This document shows positions 57,320 to 64,000 of a stretch of DNA of 64,000 nt, piece by piece. The stretch comes from Eledone cirrhosa (taxonomy: Eukaryota). The stretch lies in the NCBI GenBank assembly GCA_964016885.1, contig OZ024743.1, positions 184,264,001-184,328,000 of the forward strand, written 5' to 3'. A program made the position numbers and the translations under genes. Position 1 is the first letter of the stretch, and every line of letters begins with the position of its first letter. The notes below the pieces were generated by a model that was given only the letters and a program-made list of their open reading frames with translations, searched no databases and was not told where the DNA came from.

Positions 57320-58762
57320 ATAAACGAGCGGTGACTAATCTCTCAGAGACTGAGGTCACAAGAGCAGTTAAAGAGCTCAAATGTGGAAAGGCCGCTGGGA
57401 AAGATGAAATCCGGTCCGAGATGTTAAAAGCCTGAAATAGAGAAGGTATTCTCTGGCTGACTCGTACGTGCGGGATGGTCTGGATCTTTGGAAGGGCACC
57501 TAAACAATGGCAATCGGGAATGATAATCCCAATTTTCAAAAAGGGAGACAAGAGAGATTGTTCCGATTACAGAAGGATCTTTTTGTTAATCCTCCCCGTT
57601 AAGGTCTATGCTAAGTGTCTGGCAAAGAGATGCAAGAAGATTGTCGAGTCCAAGCTAGCTGATGAACAGGGCGGTTTTCGCCCCAGACGCAGCATAGCCA
57701 ACCAAATATTGACTCTGCGGCAGGTATTCGAGAAATCGTGGAAGTATTGCCAAGAAGTATATTCTTGTTTTGTCGACCTTGAGAAGGTATATGACGGCGT
57801 TCCTTGGACCTGCTGTGCAGGAGTATGGGATTGATGGTCAGCTTCTTGCTGCCCTGATGTCTCTTTACGAATGCCCGAGTATTTGTGTTCGAATAAATGT
57901 GCCTAATCGAAACCATTCAATGTGGGAGTCAGACTCCGCCAAGGTGCGTACTTTCACTTCTGCTGTTCATTATTTACATGAATAGGATCGACATGCACAG
58001 CCGGGTTGGAAGTGGTATCATGACTGGCGGGTGTAAAATCAGTCGGCTGGAATTTTCAGACGACATGGTGTTACTTAACTCGACAGAAGATGATCTTCGA
58101 TTTGCACTTGATAGGTTTGGTGCAGAGTGCTGCATGGCTGGAATGAAAATCAGCTCTGCGAAAAGTGAAACATTCGTCTTCTCAAGAAAGCCTGCGCAGT
58201 GTATTCTACATGTGAATGGAGTTCCACTGAAGCAGGTAGAGAAGTTCAAGTATCTTGGTGGCTGTTAACCAGAGATGGAAGGCGGGAGGCTGAATTAAGT
58301 GCAGGAATTGCAAAAGGTAGTGCAGTAATGCGCCAGCTTCAGCATTCAGTAATCAAAAGAAGAGAGGTAGGTCTTCAATTCGATTTTCGTGCTAACCCTT
58401 ACCTTAGCGGCCGAAATGGGATTCCTCCGAAGGGTCTTTGGAGTAATGTTACTCGATAAAGTGCATAACTCGGAGATCAGAGAGTCACTCCAGGTAGAGC
58501 CGCTATTTGAGAGATCACAACTCCGATACTATGGACATGTGGTCAGAATGTATCAGAAAAGAATCGCTGGAAACTCATGGGTAGACCCCTAGCAAGATGG
58601 TTGGATAACATCCATGAGCTTGGCTGTGCTCGCTTGGGGATCCAGCCGGATCAGTTGGAGTTGGTTGCTTCTGACGGGACTCGCTAGAAGGAGTTTTTGA
58701 GGACTCTGCTCCCACGATCCTTTCAGGAATAAGTGGGCGAAGAAGAAGAAGGAGAAGAAGAA
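57320..58762 (+). mobile_element. Decayed 5'-truncated RTE-like LINE ending in (GAA)n
   Basis: GKAAG.DEI, IPIFKKGD, EQGGFRP.RS, FVDLEK.YD, FSDDMVL, FKYLG, AEMGFLRR, YGHVVRM. Confidence 0.85.
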
Positions 58763-58868
58763 CGGTATAATGGTGCTCTATTTGTTTTACTAATAGCATT
58801 AATAATTCATAGTTAATTGATAAGTATGTTATTTAGATATATTGTGGCTCATCTGTCGTTATCTAAAT

Positions 58869-59250
58869 CAGGGTTCATCAACCACCTGGTCGTGGACCTT
58901 TGGTACCGGGCCGCGCAGAAATAATTTTTTTTCATTTTATTGTATACTGCGTTCTACCTTAAATGGAGTTGAGTTGAACCTGCATTATATTGAATTGAGT
59001 TACATTTATAATATAAATGTAATAATTAAATTAATAATAAAATTATATAATATGCACTTTATTGTTTGTTGTTTTGTTGTGCGCGTACATAGCAGAGAAA
59101 CCGAACACTATGAACCAATGAATGATTGGTTTGCTTGTAGTGCAGAGATCAGTTCAACACTCATGGCGGGTGGAGGGGGATTGCTCGTGTTAGACTGGCA
59201 TTTTATTCCAGCAGAGATTTGTCTCTCAACCAGGAAAACAAATTTTTAAT
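58869..59250. mobile_element. Possible hAT (Charlie/MER1-like) terminal fragment
   Basis: Begins CAGGG..CAACC..GGACC..GGTACCGGGCCGCGCAG; other end not found. Confidence 0.35.
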
Positions 59251-59424
59251 AACTCTCCATCACGTGGAAGAAAATATATAGAATATTTGAATGATGGATC
59301 ATCCGTCTATTTCGACGATGAGTATTCGGTTGTTCGATCAATTGAATGTCCAGCTCATGAATTAGCGTGTAAATGATTGAGTATTCCACAGACACGTGTA
59401 CCTCAACATAATTTTCAAGCCCAA

Positions 59425-59622
59425 TCAGCGTGACAGAAAGTGACAAGGTTGGGCCTTTGAATCACAGGTACAATCCATCCGACAGGCTTCCATACAGCCT
59501 ACCCATCTACCCAATTTCACTCACAAGATTTAGACCAACCTAACAATTGTCCGAGATGTCACGCAGTGGAATCGAACAAGGAACCTTACGATTGCGAAGC
59601 GAACTCCATAACAATTCGGCCA
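59425..59622 (-). mobile_element. Decayed tRNA-derived SINE, different family
   Basis: Minus-strand TGGCCGAATTGTT..TCGCAATCGTAAGGTTCCTTGTTCGATTCC A/B boxes. Confidence 0.5.
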
Positions 59623-59767
59623 AGTCTGCAACCACAGTATTGAAATGACTTGGAGAAAGGCATTGCACATAGATCATCCTCCTATTCATCCTTCTACAAG
59701 AAACTTGGATTTTTCTGTCTTAGTAAAAAGTCAACAAGACTGAGAAGACACCAGCAAATGTCATTAT

Positions 59768-60182
59768 CAGGACTGGCACCTGGATATTTAGCGTCCTAGG
59801 CTAACAATGTGTGCTCCATTTTCCCACATAAAATAATTTCAACTTACAGTTTAGCAAACTGGCGAACCTAGTTTTTTTTAATACTTTTTTTGCTCTGACC
59901 ACAGTAAGAAAATTATTAAGCCCGAATTTTGCACTGTGCAGTCCACACTCATTCACACCCAAACATGTAACAGGTGATAACATTATACGATCCTCTCCAC
60001 CGCTTTGGATATTTCCACGGCGCTGCTATTGTTGTATTTAGCAATTTATGTACCAATTGCATGAAATTATTAAAAATCTAATTTAATTATAATCTTTTTT
60101 TTTATAAAACTAATAATGCCCCTCTCTAAGATTTTTATCCTTGGCGACTGCCTAGTTGGCCTTAATAGTAGCACCGACCCTG
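59768..60182. mobile_element. Old hAT-like MITE
   Basis: Ends CAGGACTGGC / GCACCGACCCTG with subterminal CCTAG motifs; TSD not clear. Confidence 0.4.
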
Positions 60183-60704
60183 GTTGCTGTTGTTAATTTG
60201 GAGACGTGACATCTCTCAGTTGATATACGTCAGGTGACAATGTAGTCCTCAGGAAACAAACAAGCACAAAACGCGAATGATTTCTTACGATCTAGCAACA
60301 TATTCGCATTCTGATTGATAATACAAGTTTGTTGATTCATAAACAATAAATTAGAGAGGTGTTAGTGGCGTCAATAGGTCTTTCATAGTGATAGGTCTTT
60401 CATAGTGATATACATCTCGTGGAGATGTTATCTACCTAATAAATGAATGGAGAAATAATGTCCTGAAATGCCACAACATATTGAATAATCGTTTCATCAT
60501 TGATTTACATACTTAAAGAGGATGGCTTGTAGAAGGTGAGAACAGAATGAGCGCTGATAAATCACTCCCTCTCTTTTTCTAGATCTGTCTCTCGTGCAAG
60601 TACACATTCTTCCTTGCCCCCTCCCCTCTCTCTATATATATATATATAGAGAGAGAGAGACACACACAGAGATGGGGATTTGACGAAAGTCGATCGACTG
60701 TCTG

Positions 60705-60763
<59 letters not shown>

Positions 60764-60765
<2 letters not shown>

Positions 60766-61720
60766 TAGACATGAAAAATGCGCAAGCTCAAAAGTGCCAC
60801 AGAATGTTATAATAAACCTTCAAAAGTGTGGGACTAGAGTTGTTGCTAAAAAATATTGTAATCATTATATATCGTACATTCTGTGGCATCCTTTATAAAA
60901 ATAGCTTAAACCAACGAAGCCTTTATTTTTACGCTATTTCACTTAGTTAATTCTTAGAGTGTAACATATAAAAATATCATTTACAACTATAAAATAAATT
61001 AATTAATATAATAACAGAGCTGCGGAGCTGAAATTTAGGAAATAATGGAGTATCGGATCCTGAGTTGGAGCCAGTCAATTTTTGGCCGACTCCGCAGCCC
61101 TGTATAATACATTTCATATTAAAGTTATTAATAAACCTATTTTACACTTCATGCAAATTACCACGAGATATTGATATTAGATATAAGATACAGCGCAATA
61201 TCTACAGCTGTAAAAGTACGAAAGCGAAGTAATAATAAGTGGCTTAAGGTAATTCCAATATGAAAGTTTGTAGTGATAAAAATTTGATAATGCAATACGA
61301 TTGTTAATATTATAGTTCTATGAAAATGTAACAATAGATAACTAAATTATTTTACTATTAGTATATTTAAGAAATTATCATTATAGATTTGATCGTTCAT
61401 ATAAGCATCATATTAAGTTTCAACACAATTATTTTGTTACTATGAGTATATGATAATAATATTACGTAATTATTTATAGCTGTTATTACATTAAACATAG
61501 ATGTATTTATTTTTATATGTTACACTCTAAGAATTAACTAAGTGAAATAGCGTAAAAATAAAGGCTTCGTTGGTTTAAGCTATTTTTATAAAGGATGCCA
61601 CAGAATGTACGATATATAATGATTACAATATTTTTTAGCAACAACTCTAGTCCCACACTTTTGAAGGTTTATTATAACATTCTGTGGCACTTTTGAGCTT
61701 GCGCATTTTTCATGTCTAGT
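60764..61720. mobile_element. Fold-back/MITE element with ~212-bp perfect inverted repeats
   Basis: 60764-60976 is the reverse complement of 61508-61720; termini ACTAG...CTAGT. Confidence 0.88.
61015..61102. mobile_element. 88-bp hAT-type micro-MITE nested in the fold-back
   Basis: TIRs CAGAGCTGCGGAG / CTCCGCAGCCCTG; TSD TATAATAA / TATAATAC. Confidence 0.7.
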
Positions 61721-62317
61721 TTAATATTTTTTTAAGGCAACGCTTGTAATAACTCTAGTTAAACAGGATATATATTAATAATAAATTATCGTTGTAATGT
61801 AATTAGATTATGTAATTGTTATTATAAATTATCTTATAAATATTAGTGTAAGATGTATAAAAATATTTTCAGACTTTTTAATATAAACAACTACAAAAAA
61901 CAATCAATATTAAATCAATATATTATACATAATAGAAAACATAAAATATACAATACAAAAACAAAATATTTACATACAATTGCAATTATCAGTGTATATA
62001 CATTTTCTTTATATTCCCTGAGCAAATTAATAAGATTTGTTTTTATTGTACATAATTTGATGACTTGTTGGAGTGTATTAAAAGATGCCAACAATTTGTG
62101 ATTAAATTGTTATCTTAAGCAACTCACTTTTTAATAGTTGTTGGCTGAGCGAAATTGTAAAAGCCTATGAGCAAATATAAAAAAAAATACACAAACAACA
62201 TTTCCTTGTGTTATTACAACATTAGATAAAATAATTGAGCAATGTCGTTATATTTTGCTCTTATTGCACATTAATAGTGTTTCTATTTTTCGGCACAAAT
62301 CCATTACGGCAGTCCAT

Positions 62318-62445
62318 TACTGGTACTTTATTTTATCGAATTAGTAAGTATGAAAGTCGAAGTTAACCTCGGCAGGATTTGAACTTAGAATGCAAAGGAC
62401 CATAACAATACTGCAAAGCATGGTGTCTGACGCTCTACCAATACT
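62318..62445 (-). mobile_element. SINE fragment (a shorter one lies at 63258-63300)
   Basis: ACTGGTACTTTATTTTATCGA..ATGAAAG core. Confidence 0.7.
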
Positions 62446-62838
62446 TGTGTTGAGCTGGTCATTAATTTATGGTGGTCGTGCGTGGAGTAGAGCAATCGCT
62501 AGTTGAAATATTATGAACAAAACATTTTTATTTGCCGAAGAACATATTTTCAATACTGTTTGTGAATGTGACGAAGGAAATACATTCTGATATGGAACAG
62601 TGTACAAAGTGTGTCTGTGAATAACATAATGTTACCTCATGTTGTTGTCAAGACATAATGGATTTCGTATATCCAGTTAGAAGATGAAACCTAGCCATCT
62701 CGGATTAGTTATATTTCATGCCATGTGTAAACGTGTTTGAGGATAGCAAAATATGCGCGTTAATTATAATAATTAGTTAATAATATTACAAAATATACCT
62801 AATTAAACTCTTTGCTTGAAATTTTATCATTCTTCGTT

Positions 62839-62894
<56 letters not shown>

Positions 62895-63665
62895 TCTAGT
62901 CCTTCGCTCAAGATTAATCTATAAGTTTAGATGTTTGCCTTCGTTTAAGTAAATATTACAGTAAGATTTTTAATATAAACAACTACAAAAAACAATTAAT
63001 ATTAAAACGAAAAAATTATCAATGATAAAAGAAGCGGATGCAACTTTTTTTTTTATAAAGTTATATTCCTGTTTCTTTAAAGAACATTTCATTTTTGTTC
63101 TATTGTAGGCGAAATAATGCAATGGTTTAATAGGGAAGATATAACTTACGAATTATGTCTCTAACCGTGTAACGCTTTTTAAGTAGATAACTACAATTGA
63201 AAATACTAAAGAAATGGAACCAACAATTCAATTTGAAAGTCGTCTAGTGGCAGTGTATTACTGGTACTTTATTTTATCGACCCCGTAACGATGAAAGGCA
63301 AAAATGCAAATGCTTAAAATTTAAATTGCCTTAATTCTATCGTCTGCTGTTTCATTAAAGGGAGATTATCGTCTGTATTTAATTCTATCGTCTACTGTTC
63401 CACTAAACAGATATACCTCCACTATCGTCTCTATTTATACATTTTAACTTATAACTTATACACATTTGATTTGAAATATTTTATCTAGTCCCCCCCTCTC
63501 AATATTATGATGATTTCTTTCGAATGAAATAGTTCTAGTCCTGTAGAAACCATTTATATATATAATTGAACTGAGTTAAAAATTCACAATATTTATAATT
63601 AAATAAGCTCATATATATATGTGTGTATTTATCTGTTTATTGTATTATATATAATGTGTGTATAT

Positions 63666-63705
63666 ACAGGATGTCCCCCAAAAATATATACACACTTCAA
63701 CAGCA
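63666..63705. mobile_element. Possible Tc1/mariner terminal fragment
   Basis: TA|CAGGATGTCCCCCAAAAA..ATACACACT; no partner in window. Confidence 0.25.
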
Positions 63706-64000
63706 TTCTAATAACTATTGCCTGTACAGGTAATCAAAGTGTCAATCGAATGTTAGTTTCGTGTTTTAACAGTACAAATTTACAATACACACATAAAACC
63801 AGTGTATATACATACATGAGTGTGTATACACATACATGAATGTGTATATACAATATATATGTATATATATATAGACACATATATTCACGGTGTAACGGTA
63901 CATTAAAATATAGATGCGGGAGAGGGGGGGTGTATATATAGGGGCGCTGGGGATAAAGGAGTGTAAAGCGTGTGTAATTGATATATTGAAGGAGAGGAGC

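Noticed and set aside
61721-64000. Host exons in the terminal unique region
   Set aside because: Only short AT-rich ORFs and SINE scraps. Small exons cannot be excluded without RNA data.

Overview
Eukaryotic, very AT-rich, repeat-saturated DNA with no recognisable host gene. The tRNA-derived SINEs and microsatellite load suggest a cephalopod or other invertebrate (inference). From 1 to about 42 kb, a chain of retroelements is separated by long interrupted (TA)n arrays: three CR1/L2-group LINE copies, at least five families of Penelope-like elements (PLEs; RT + GIY-YIG), and an RTE with three C2H2 fingers. From 42 to 64 kb are decayed R4/Dong-like and RTE LINEs, a hAT transposon with a perfect 8-bp TSD, Helitron-like elements, MITEs and SINEs. 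About 16 type I hammerhead ribozyme (HHR) motifs, read by eye, sit in PLE 3' ends, including non-canonical cores. Highlights: (i) a two-ORF PLE whose ATG-less RT-EN frame overlaps ORF1 in the -1 frame at a U UUU UUA slippery site; (ii) recurrent 5' fold-back or head-to-head insertions in (TA)n, including a CR1-PLE chimera; (iii) PLE 3' UTRs that carry their own (TA)n target. Nearly all YIYI/VCVC/HTHT ORFs in the track are microsatellite artefacts. All alignments and folds were done by eye, and boundaries are approximate to a few bases.
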